DNA of 64,000 nucleotides, from the NCBI GenBank assembly GCA_965219455.1, contig OZ244744.1:2336001-2400000 (forward strand), in the 5' to 3' direction. The translations under genes and the position numbers were made by a program. Within the stretch, counting starts at the first letter, position 1; each line of letters begins with the position of its first letter. Below the pieces are notes generated by a model. It saw nothing but the letters and a program-made list of their open reading frames with translations. It was not told the origin of the DNA and made no database searches. The DNA comes from Candidatus Latescibacterota bacterium (GTDB lineage Bacteria; Latescibacterota; UBA2968; GCA-2709665). Positions 46,232 through 56,500 of the stretch are shown in pieces.

Positions 46232-49200
46232 TTACTTCAGCAACATCAACCGTTTGGCATCCTGGAACTTACCGGCAACTGAGACCTGATAGAAGTAAAT
46301 TCCGCTCGAAACCGATACGCCGCGGTCGTCCATTCCAGCCCACTGCACTTTGTAACGACCGGCGGGCTGGCGCTCACTCACCAACGTGCGCACCTCCTGG
46401 CCCAGCAGGTTGTAGATCCGGAGAACCACGTCGCCGCTTTCCGCCAGGTCGTACGGAATGTTGGTTTGAGGGTTGAAGGGGTTCGGGAAGTTCTGGTGCA
46501 GCGCGAACTCTGAGGGGGTGCTCTGGACGTCCAGCGCACCAAGTGAAACCACCGGGTTCGACAGCTGGCTGGGATCGAAGACCACGCCCTGAGCGATCTC
46601 GAACCTGGCGTTGTCTGCAAACTCCCTCAGAACCTTGAACGTGAAGGTCACAAGCGCACCCTCGCCGCTCACGGAACCCGCGTCGACTATGGCGTTGACC
46701 ACCGCGACCCGGCCATCTTCCGGCCAGTTCTTGAATAATGGTGTGTCGCCGCCCTGAGACTTCAGCAAATCGTTATCGGCGGGTACGGCGCTGACGAATT
46801 CGAACTTGTCGGCGTCATACGTCAACTCGAAACCGAAGCCCATCAACTGTTCGGCATTGGCCAAGGAAACCGTTACCGAGATCTCCTCACCCACCAGCAC
46901 ACGGTCGCTGGTCAGCTCCATATTCAACTCGGTATCGGGGTTCACACCCGGCCGCTGCGGCGCAATAGCGATCTTGCTGCCCGCGGCAAGCACGGCAGTA
47001 CGGCCGTAGGACATTGCCGCGATCACAAAGTCCGCGAAATCGATCACGCCGTCATTATCGACGTCTGCCTGCGGGTTAAAGTTACTCTGGCCCCTCTGAG
47101 AGTTGAAGGCCGCAGCAAAGGCGACGAAATCTTCGAAGTCAACCGTCAGGTTTCCGCCCTGGAAAGGCAGCCTGATGAGATAGACCGGCTCGCCCTCGGC
47201 GTTGGTGAAGGGAAGCCGTTTCGCCAGGTTAACCGCAACTATCTGGCCCGGCGACGTGTTTTCGCCGTCGAACGCATCGATACGATAAACGAGAGCGCCG
47301 ACGACTTCCGGTAGATTCTTGTCTACGAATTGCGCCGAACCCGGTTCGAGGGTGGTAAGCTCCTCTAACTCTTCGGCAGAGGCGCCCCGCATCACCTTAT
47401 AGTCCTTTACGCCCATGATCGGGATGCTATGCCCACGGTAGGGAATAAAGCCAACGATACCCTCATCCACCGAACCCTTCCAGGTGAGGGAGGTTCGCAG
47501 CGCCGCATTGCCATCCGCCGACACGACGACCGGCATACCGGCGCTTTCCGTTACCTCGGCAGGCGCAATGTTGTCAACCGCCCTTACCGGCGCCTTAGTG
47601 GTTGTGAGTGCAGACATGAGCTGTCCGTGCGCGCTCGTCCGGATGTTGGCCGGAACCGAGGCGTCGCCCATCAACACGCTCACGTCGGGATTTACGGGCA
47701 GGAAGACCAGATCCTTCTGGTCGCCGATGATGGACTGGACATAGTCCTCGGGCGCGTTGAACTGGTTCATCAACTCATCGTTCGTCAACACGGCCTCGGG
47801 CGCCATACCCAGCAACTCAAGGGTCTGCTGCACGCTCTCCTTCGTGAACGTACGTTTGCCGAGCGCTGAAGTTCTGACAGAAGAGCCAGCGGCGCCAACC
47901 GCCGCCACCGCCCAATTGGTGGACACGTTGTCCAGCGCAGGAACCACGGCGCGCTGAATCTCAGCGACTATGGTTCTATCCGGGCTGAGGTCTGCCCACG
48001 GCACCCACGCCAACTTCGGCTCTTCCAGCAACATCAGTTTGCCGTCCTCATCCAGACCGGTGCTAACCATTAGTTGCCTGAAGAGCTTATAGACGTCTAC
48101 GCTGGCGTGATCCGGTGAATTATTGAAGCTCACCAGCACCATGCCGCCCTGGTCGCCATCGCCCCTCGGCCCCATGTAATCTTCAACGATCAACACCGAG
48201 TCGGGCGCAGCAGGCGCGCCAGGAGCCGGAGGAGGAGGCTCGGTACCGAATGTCAACGTGTCGGTTCCGGTTGCCGTTCCGGCGGTCATTCCCTCCAGTC
48301 CCACATTGACCACTCTTATCACAACCTCGCCCGATGACTCGGATGCCATCCCGGGGAAGGTTTTCTGGCCATTTTGGATATCCTGCGGGCCCTGGGGCAC
48401 ACGAACCTGGATGTTGTCAGACGTAAGTTGGATAGCCATGGTCAGGTATTTGTCATCTTCAGGCTTTTCGATTTTCGAGTCGATCTTGTCGGCCTTCTTC
48501 GTGCTCGTGTTGCCGAACTTGTCCGTGGCAGTCACGGAGATTTCGAAATCACCGATGACATGTTGCGTTGGCTCGCCGTCTTCCATCGCCTGGACGGTGA
48601 ACTCGGAGAACGCGCCCGTGTCGAAACTGAAACCCTTCAGCGTCGTCGTGAATGACGCATTCTCCTGAGCGTCGATATCTTCCACTACGATCGTGACATT
48701 CTTGAGCTCCTTCTCAGACGTGATACTGATGCTGCGCTCACCGGCTTCCCAGTCTTCGGGTTGAAGCGTGGCGATACCCTGTAAGGAATCCCCAGCGGCG
48801 ACAGAAACGCCGGTTCCTTCGAACGTGACGGTTGTCAGATCCTGTCCGTCGGCCAACACCTTCAGCCGCGACATCTCGTTTTTCTGTCCGTAAGTGACTC
48901 CCCGGACATCCTCGTCCGCAGCACGCGTGGCCTTCGAATCGAGCGCCGTGATTTTGAACTCCAATGGTGTACCGACAATAACCGATTTCTGATCGTCGAC
49001 GACCGTAGCCACCATAAACGAGTCGGCAGTCGGGTTATCGAACTCGTCTTTGAACGTCAATGTGTCGGTAATCTTCGCACCAACATTACCAGCTTTGTCG
49101 AACGCGAGAATTTGCAGATAATATTCCGCTCCGTCATCGAGCGAATCGTCGATGGCAGCAACCCGGACACGTCCCTTGCTGAGTTCCTCTCTGTTCCCGC

Positions 49201-50938
49201 CGAAAGACGCTTTGCCTCCATCCGCTGGCGACGCGTCCTTAATCACGTACTGCACGAACAACGAGTCCAGATCTTCGCTGGTGGTGAATATCGGCAACAA
49301 GGTCTGCAACGTTATCGTCGGGTTATCACTGTCATCCTTCGGCGCCGAGTCCTCGGACGGGAACAGGTTGGTGATCTCCGGCTTAATGCTGTCGTAGGTG
49401 ATATCCACATTCTCAACACTCATATCGTTCCCTACGACATCCCAGGCCTGCACGACCAATTTATCGGGTACGCCGCCTTCGCCGTCATCGTGTGTCCACA
49501 AGGGCAAGGGCAATTTGAATTCAACCTTAACGTCCTCAATGCCGGCCAGCGGCCCATCGGTGTCCGTGGTTCGGTACGTCTCTGTGGAGTCGCCGTGCGA
49601 GACCTTGATCGAGTCAACGTTCTCGCTGATCTTCAACGTCAATGGCTTTAAGTAAGACGAAAGCTTAACAGGAAAACCTTTTAGTGTCCCGTCACTGACG
49701 TCATAATAGCTCGTGTCTTGTTCAACTGCAGCAGACATATGCGTGGAATCCACGGCGTCTTCTTTTGGATAGACAACGGTAACTTCCGGTAACGTGGTGT
49801 CTATCATGAACAGGTTGACACGATCTTCCGTAATGTCATCTCCCGTGTCCGCTGTCCCTTTGTCGTCCGTAAAAACGTAGCTACCAGAGAAACCCGCCGG
49901 CTCGGCGTCGTCGTCGTTTTCACCACTCAGGTTGCCCGCTTCGTCCACCAGGAATGCAAACACCCTGACCCTCTGGCCGTCGGGGAATCTGTCCTTCGAG
50001 GTGACGAGCGTCTTTTCAAGAAACGCCTCGTATGGATCGACGAATTCGACGGTCGCGAGAATCGAGTCCGTAGGGCCCAGATCTCCGGGCGTTACCATTA
50101 TATCCGCCCGGGGATCCGCGTCATTCAAATAAGTTTCCTTCACGAAAATGACCGAGACCTTGCCTCCGCCTGATTGGATCACGGCGCCCGTATCGAGAGT
50201 GAGTTGGACAGCGACCTTTTGTCCCTGCATTATCTCCGAGTTTACGGTGCTGGTCTCAATGGCTTCAACATCGCCAGGCAAAAGGGCACCTTCAAGCTCT
50301 TTTTTGGCGATAACGTCATATAGTTTCACCTTTTCAAACGCAGTCCCAAATTCAGGACGACGGTTGTCGATACCAAACCTTTTTCCGTCGCCGACAATCG
50401 TTGTGGAAAGACCGGTGCTGCCGGGGAGGATCTGTTTGTCTACGGTCAGGTTACTAATTTGTCCTCCTGTGCTTCCGGTGCCGTCGACGGTAACAAGGGC
50501 ATACAAATCATTCCGTCCTTGAATGGGGTCGGCGCCGAGCGGAGTCCCGCTGGTAGTAACAGGAAAGTAAAATAAAATGACGGTGGCGTTTGCGTTTCCC
50601 TGATCTACCTTTGCAAGAGTCAGGTCGGTGATTTCCTCATCATTCTCAGCGATTAAATTTACGCCGGATCTGTCTATCGTGGCACCAACAGCCTCAGGAT
50701 CAGCATCAGCATCAGTGCCCGGTCTCATTATCTGAACGGTCAATGCCGTTGCCGCACTCACCGTACTAACCTTGACAATGACCGAATCGCCAATTCCGAC
50801 ATATTGGCCGTCCGCCGGATGCTCAATCTCGACCCAAGTGCCCCGGGTACTGGAAACATCCAATGCCGATGAAACGCCGGCAAAGGCAAGAACCAACAGA
50901 AACGCAAACCCGCAACTCAACAGCTTTTTAGCCTGCAT
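46232..50938 (-). CDS. Large acidic secreted surface protein (1568 aa) with FN3-like, dockerin-like, cohesin-like and FlgD-Ig/CTD domains
   Basis: Signal peptide MQAKKLL after GGGAGG; DFEDF...ADVDNDGVIDFADF; GEEISVTV...GFGFELTYD; NFPNPFNP...AKRLMLLK. Confidence 0.88.
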   Translation of the reverse strand: MQAKKLLSCGFAFLLVLAFAGVSSALDVSSTRGTWVEIEHPADGQYVGIGDSVIVKVSTVSAATALTVQIMRPGTDADADPEAVGATIDRSGVNLIAENDEEITDLTLAKVDQGNANATVILFYFPVTTSGTPLGADPIQGRNDLYALVTVDGTGSTGGQISNLTVDKQILPGSTGLSTTIVGDGKRFGIDNRRPEFGTAFEKVKLYDVIAKKELEGALLPGDVEAIETSTVNSEIMQGQKVAVQLTLDTGAVIQSGGGKVSVIFVKETYLNDADPRADIMVTPGDLGPTDSILATVEFVDPYEAFLEKTLVTSKDRFPDGQRVRVFAFLVDEAGNLSGENDDDAEPAGFSGSYVFTDDKGTADTGDDITEDRVNLFMIDTTLPEVTVVYPKEDAVDSTHMSAAVEQDTSYYDVSDGTLKGFPVKLSSYLKPLTLKISENVDSIKVSHGDSTETYRTTDTDGPLAGIEDVKVEFKLPLPLWTHDDGEGGVPDKLVVQAWDVVGNDMSVENVDITYDSIKPEITNLFPSEDSAPKDDSDNPTITLQTLLPIFTTSEDLDSLFVQYVIKDASPADGGKASFGGNREELSKGRVRVAAIDDSLDDGAEYYLQILAFDKAGNVGAKITDTLTFKDEFDNPTADSFMVATVVDDQKSVIVGTPLEFKITALDSKATRAADEDVRGVTYGQKNEMSRLKVLADGQDLTTVTFEGTGVSVAAGDSLQGIATLQPEDWEAGERSISITSEKELKNVTIVVEDIDAQENASFTTTLKGFSFDTGAFSEFTVQAMEDGEPTQHVIGDFEISVTATDKFGNTSTKKADKIDSKIEKPEDDKYLTMAIQLTSDNIQVRVPQGPQDIQNGQKTFPGMASESSGEVVIRVVNVGLEGMTAGTATGTDTLTFGTEPPPPAPGAPAAPDSVLIVEDYMGPRGDGDQGGMVLVSFNNSPDHASVDVYKLFRQLMVSTGLDEDGKLMLLEEPKLAWVPWADLSPDRTIVAEIQRAVVPALDNVSTNWAVAAVGAAGSSVRTSALGKRTFTKESVQQTLELLGMAPEAVLTNDELMNQFNAPEDYVQSIIGDQKDLVFLPVNPDVSVLMGDASVPANIRTSAHGQLMSALTTTKAPVRAVDNIAPAEVTESAGMPVVVSADGNAALRTSLTWKGSVDEGIVGFIPYRGHSIPIMGVKDYKVMRGASAEELEELTTLEPGSAQFVDKNLPEVVGALVYRIDAFDGENTSPGQIVAVNLAKRLPFTNAEGEPVYLIRLPFQGGNLTVDFEDFVAFAAAFNSQRGQSNFNPQADVDNDGVIDFADFVIAAMSYGRTAVLAAGSKIAIAPQRPGVNPDTELNMELTSDRVLVGEEISVTVSLANAEQLMGFGFELTYDADKFEFVSAVPADNDLLKSQGGDTPLFKNWPEDGRVAVVNAIVDAGSVSGEGALVTFTFKVLREFADNARFEIAQGVVFDPSQLSNPVVSLGALDVQSTPSEFALHQNFPNPFNPQTNIPYDLAESGDVVLRIYNLLGQEVRTLVSERQPAGRYKVQWAGMDDRGVSVSSGIYFYQVSVAGKFQDAKRLMLLK

Positions 50939-51331
50939 CTCAACCTCCCTGAAAAAAAGACGACTGGGAAACTTCCTCACAACGTCAACCTCTGATACCG
51001 ACTCTGACTCTGAATTTCTCTTCAACCGTCCGGAATGGCGGTTTTTGAATGAATCCTGATGTGCAACGACGATAGGGTGCCTCCCTTCCTCTTTATGCTG
51101 CCAAAACCTGCTTTGAAACAAATGGTTCGTGGTGAACGTGGGTGTGTCTGATGCGCGACAACCGTTTAACATCGCATTTTCGTTTGCACCTCCTTGCTTA
51201 TATATACAATAGCGAAAACGCGACCAACCTTATCGCCCAATCGGAACACCACAAACGTTGGCGCAATATTCCGCATTTCTTCAGTCATTCCGGGTTATTT
51301 CGGTCATCTATATGTAGCGAAAAGCAACCTA

Positions 51332-51379
51332 ATTATACGCAAGGCAAAACCGGCTGTCAAGTGTTTTTTTATGTTTATT
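51332..51379 (-). promoter_or_regulatory. Perfect consensus sigma70 promoter with an A-rich UP element
   Basis: Minus strand TTGACA (51360-51355), 17 bp, TATAAT (51337-51332), preceded by AATAAACATAAAAAAACAC. Confidence 0.88.
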
Positions 51380-51498
51380 CATTCGCCGGAAGCCACAACG
51401 CCGAAGCGATCTAAGACACTGTAAATTAATCTGCAAGCCCAACCCCGCGCAACTACTATATAGAGGGGCTCCGCTATCGGCTACCCCAATACTCAGTT

Positions 51499-52056
51499 TC
51501 AGCGCATCTGATGTTCGAGGCGCCGGATCTCGTCGCGAAGGCTGGCCGCCTCTTCGTACTGTTCCCGGGCCACGGCCTCCCGCAACTCCGCCTTAAGGGC
51601 CAAAACCCTTTCGGAAATCCCCCCCTCCACCTGTTCGACTTCGATATCGAGAGAGGAATTGATGGGCAGCCCGGCCTCCTGGATGACGCGTTCCGCCACA
51701 AATACCGGCGCGCCCGTGCGGAGCGCCAGGGCGAGGGCGTCGCTGGGGCGAGAATCCACACCGATGGTCTTGCCGCTGGCATTAAGGCTGACCTCGGCGA
51801 AGAAGACGTCCTCTTTGAGTGCGCTGATGAGCACCCGCGTGACCTTGACGCCCATCCCATCAAGAATGGACCGGAGCAACTCGCAGGTAGGCGGCCGGGG
51901 CGGCTCTTCGTCGTACAGCGCCATGTAGATGGCGGTGGCTTCGAAATTGCCGATGGAGATGGGCAGGAAAATCTGCTGCTCCCTGTCTTTCAGCCACACC
52001 AGCGGCCGGTTGGTGTTGGGTTCGACCGCCACGCCGACCACGTTCATTTCAACCAT
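51499..52056 (-). CDS. Bifunctional nuclease family (DUF151) protein with a C-terminal UVR domain
   Basis: LPISIG.FEA.AI, RPPT, DSRPSDALALALR and EAVAREQYEEAASLRDEI motifs. Confidence 0.9.
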   Translation of the reverse strand: MVEMNVVGVAVEPNTNRPLVWLKDREQQIFLPISIGNFEATAIYMALYDEEPPRPPTCELLRSILDGMGVKVTRVLISALKEDVFFAEVSLNASGKTIGVDSRPSDALALALRTGAPVFVAERVIQEAGLPINSSLDIEVEQVEGGISERVLALKAELREAVAREQYEEAASLRDEIRRLEHQMR

Positions 52057-52189
52057 TGGGTGCGCATCCTTCGCACGGGGGAGGATGGGTTGCGCCGATG
52101 GGGACATTTTCTTTAAATACACTTATTAAATGATAATATATGGCCATGCCCACGAAAAAATCAAGGAAAAAGAGCAGCGATCAGGAAAA

Positions 52190-53410
52190 ACAGCTATCAG
52201 CCGTCAGCCGTCAGCTTGAAACGAGAAGGCGAAACCGAAGACCAAAATGCATAAAACAGCAAGAACGACAAACAGCTCACACCAAGGCACAGCGAGACCT
52301 CTCCCCCCAGCCCCCTCTCCTAAAGGAAAGGGGGGGGAAGTCCAAATCAGAAAAAACAGTGATCAGTGGTCAGCGGTCAGCTTGAAGCAAATCAAAAACC
52401 GAAAACCAATAAGCATAACGCAGCAATAACAACAATCAGCTCACACCAAGGCACAGCGAGACCTCTCCCCCCAGCCCCCTCTCCTAAAGGAAAGGGGGAG
52501 AAAGTCCAAATCAGGAAAAACAGTGGTCAGTGGTCAGTGGTCAGTGGTCAGCGGTCAGCGGTCAGCTTAAAGCAAATCAAAAACCGAAGACCAATAGGCA
52601 TAACGTCAATCAGCTCACACAAAGGCACAGCGAGACCTCTCCCCCCGGCCCCCTCGGACAAAGCTATCTGCTTTCAGCCGTTAGCTGTCAGCTAAAAACG
52701 AAATGCAAAACGCAGATTGCGATATGGACTGGCGAAGTCAATTCACAGATACCTGGTTTTTGTAGGGGCGACCGGCCGGTCGCCCTCGAATCGGGAAAAC
52801 AGCAGTCGGCAGGAAACGAGAAGCAAAAAGCGAAAACCAATAAGCATAATGCAGGAAAAATGACAATCGGCTCACACAAAGGCACAAAGGGAAAGGCAGC
52901 GATCAGCGGTCAGTTGTCCGCCGTCAGCCAAAAGGCGTTAGCGATACGGACCGGCGATGTCAATTCCATTTGTTCTTACCACTTCTCCCCATATTCCCTG
53001 CCTGCGGCGCGTTCCTTTTGACACGACCAAAAGGAACCAAAAGTCGCCGCTAGGCGCGGGGCCGTCCATATGCACAGCGCGAATTGCCTCACGGGTTGCA
53101 CCGGAACTACTGCCCTGCCAACCACGGAGAAACATCGGTCCTCGGCGATGAACGGAACCGCACGCTCTGCTCTGCGAGTCCTCTCGAAAGGCATTTTGAG
53201 CGTATCTACATTGGTCTTCCGTTTGCGAGGAGCAGTCACCTAAAACCGGTTAGCGATATGGCCTGGCGATGCCAATTCACAGATACCTGGTTTTTGTAGG
53301 GGCGGTTCTTTTGGGTCCTTTTTCGCAAATAAGAAAAAGGACGTAAAAATAAAAAAAACAATAAGAAAGTAGGAAAATGACCTTACCGACCCGGAGCGCG
53401 ACCCATCAAC
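52190..53410. repeat. Mosaic repeat region: ~170-bp tandem units, (CAGYGGT)n heptamers, a REP-like hairpin, element B2 (52981-53222) and a truncated A head (53303-53345)
   Basis: Modules recur at 30540-30750, 58555-59380, 60020-60640 and 61730-62330. Confidence 0.85.
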
Positions 53411-53447
53411 CGCCTATATTGTGCCTTCGGGGGAGGCCCGTGCCTCT

Positions 53448-53485
53448 AAAAACAGGAGCCGCTGGACGACGTCCGGCGGCTCCTG
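53448..53485 (-). terminator. Intrinsic terminator
   Basis: CAGGAGCCGCTGGAC-gac-GTCCGGCGGCTCCTG with T5 on the minus strand. Confidence 0.8.
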
Positions 53486-53508
53486 AATACCCTGCTTCGC
53501 GAAAGCGA

Positions 53509-56500
53509 TTACTTGAGCAACATCAACCGCCTGGCGCCCTGGAACTTGCCCGCAACCGAGACCTGATAAAAATAAATCCCACTCGAAACCACTACTCCGC
53601 GGTCGTCCATTCCGCTCCACAGCACGTTGTAGCGACCCGCGGGCTGGCGCTCGCGCACCAGCGTTCGCACCTCCTGGCCCAGCAGGTTGTAAACCCGGAG
53701 AACCACGTCGCCGCCTTCAGCCAGGTCGTACGGAATGCTGGTTTGCGGGTTGAACGGGTTCGGATAGTTCTGGTGCAGCGCAAACGCCGTGGGCGTGCTC
53801 CGGAGGCTTAGCGCGCCGAGTGACACCACCGGGTTCGACAACTGCTCCGGATCGAATACCACGCCCTGCGCGATCTCGAACCGGGCGTTGTCCTCGAATT
53901 CCCGCAGAACCTTGAACGTGAAGGTGACAAGCTCACCCTCGCCGCTCACGGAGCCCCCGTTGACAATGGCGTTGACCACCGAGACGCCGCCCTCTTCCGG
54001 CCAGTTCCCGAACAGCGGAGTTTCGCCACCCCGAGACTTCAGCAGATCGTTTTCGGCAGGTACGGCGCTGACGAATTCGAACTTGCCCGCGTCATACGTC
54101 AGTTCCATACCGAAGCCTGTCAACTCTCTGGCATTGGCCATGGAAACCGATAGCGAAATCGTCTCGTCAACCCGCACCGTCTCGCCTGCCGGTTCGAGTG
54201 TCATCTCCGTATGGGGGTTCACGCCAGGACGCTGCGGCGCGATGGCCAACTTGCTGCCGGCAGGAACCACGGCCGTGCGTCCGAACGACGCGGCCGCCGC
54301 TACGAAGTCTAGAAAGTCCACCGCGCCGTCGTCGTTGACGTCGGCCTGCGGGTTATAGTTCGCGTCGCCCTTTTGAGAATTGAAGGCCATGGCGAAGGCG
54401 ACGAAGTCTTCGAAGTCAACCTCCAGGTCACCGCCCTGGGCGGGCAGCATTACGAGGTAGACCGGATCGCCGTTGGCGTCGACGAAGGTCACACGGAGGG
54501 AAATGTTATCAACCGTGATTAAATCGCTCATCGCCACGTTGTTGTCGTCATACGCGTCGATCCGATACACCAGCGCGGTGGCCCCGTCCGGCACGTTGTC
54601 GTCCTTAAACTGTTTGGAACCGGGCGGTAGTGTGGCTATCTCCTCGAGGTCGTCGGCCGCGGCGCCTCTCATCACCGTGTATCCCTTCACACCCGGGATC
54701 GGGATGTTGCTGTCCTCGTAGTTGTATATGGTAAAGGGGATGTATGACACGATCCTGTCATCGGCGGAAGGCGTCCACCGCAGTACAACCCCTCCGGCGC
54801 CGTCGCCGGAAGCGGCAGTGACCGCCGCGGGCGCGATGTTGTCAGCGGCTGCGACGGGCGCCTCTGTGACCGTACGATCGGACAGCAGGAAGTTACCCGC
54901 GGCCGTCCGGACGTTGGCAGGAGCCGAGGCGCTGCCCATCAACACGCCCACGTCGGGATTGACAGGAACGAAGATCAGGTTCTTCCGATCGCCGATGATG
55001 GACTTGACGTCGTCTTGGGGAGCGTTGAACCGATCCGCCGGTTCCTCGTCCGTCGGAACCGCGTCGGGCGCCATACCCGGCAACCCGAGGGTTTGCCGCA
55101 CGCTCTCCACCGTGAACACGCGCTTGCCGGCCGCGGTCCTGTCGGCGGTTCCCGCCTTGCCCACAGACACGACGCCCCAGTTGGTGGATACGTTGTCGAG
55201 TGCCGGGATGACCGCGTTCTGCATGCCGCCCTTCACGTTGCCGCCGAGATCGTCGGCGCCGAAGCTGATGCTGGCCCAGGGCACCCATTCCTTCATGGCT
55301 ACTTCGAGCTCGATCACGTTGCCTTCTTCATCCAGCCTGGTGGTCCTGTTGATTTCCCTGTGGATCTGGTAGGCCACCACGGCGTCGTGCTGCGCGGAAT
55401 ACGGGAAGTTGATCATCACCAGGCCGCCCTGGTCGCCCTGCCCGTCCGCGCCCATGTAGTCCCGGACCACGATGTTTGCCGGAGCAGCCGGCGCGCCCGG
55501 ATCCGGTACGGGACCGCCTTCGGGCGCGAAACTGACTGTCACGCGACCGCTGAGAGCGCCGGTGGCATCATCACTATCGGTTCCATCGGCCGCGGCGAAG
55601 TGGTTGTCCGCGTCAGTAATGAAGTCTTCCCTGATCGTCCGTACGGAAACCACCGCACTGCCGTCCACGTCGGCCGCCACCGCGCCGAAATCGGTCCCGC
55701 CGGCGGCAACTTCCTGCCGGCCAAAAGGCACCGTTACCGCGGCATTATTGGAAGCGAACGTAACGGCCACCCATTCATACACCCTGGAATCGGGCGTTGC
55801 ATCGATCTTCATACTCGGGTTGCCGAATTCATCGGTTGGTACCACCCGGACGGTAAACCCGCCAACGACGTTGCCGGACGAGGCCCGGCCCTCGATGGCC
55901 GTTACCACAAACTGCGACAACTCGGAAGCGCTGACGTCGACGGGAACATCCAGCTGCCCAACGGTCTTCAGGGCGTAGCTCCCGGTGACGGGGTCTTTGA
56001 ATCCCTGTGCCGCCATAACGGTGACGTTGCTGAGCGGCTTTGACGATTTGAACCTGACGTCGCGTTGGCCCGCGTGCCATCCCTCGCTGTCCAGAACGGC
56101 GGCTTTGGCAACCATGCCCGCAGCCGTCAACCCGGCAGGGAGGGTAGAGTCCGGCGCATCGGATACGCCGGTTCCGCTGAAGCTCACGCCGGCAAGCGCG
56201 TCGGCCTGGTCTCCGGAAACGATGACGCCCAGCGACGCAACCTGATGATAGGTCACCGCACGAACGTCGGCTTCCTCGATGCGGGTGAGCATGGTGTCCA
56301 GGACGGAGATCCGCATTGAGAAATCCAGACCGGTAACGGCCACGGCCTTCTGATCCGGCATGTCGACGATCTTGAAGACGTCGGCATTCGGGTTCAGGAA
56401 GCCCCTGGTGAACGTGAGGGTCCCGCCGTCGGTCACGCTGGCGTTACCGGCGAGGTCGATCGCCAGGATCTGCAAATCGTACCGACTTCGTTCGACAAAG

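Noticed and set aside
50939-51172. 78-aa N-terminal extension of the 1646-aa ORF
   Set aside because: The signal peptide and RBS are at 50938, matching the start of the paralog. Kept only as a possible leader feature.
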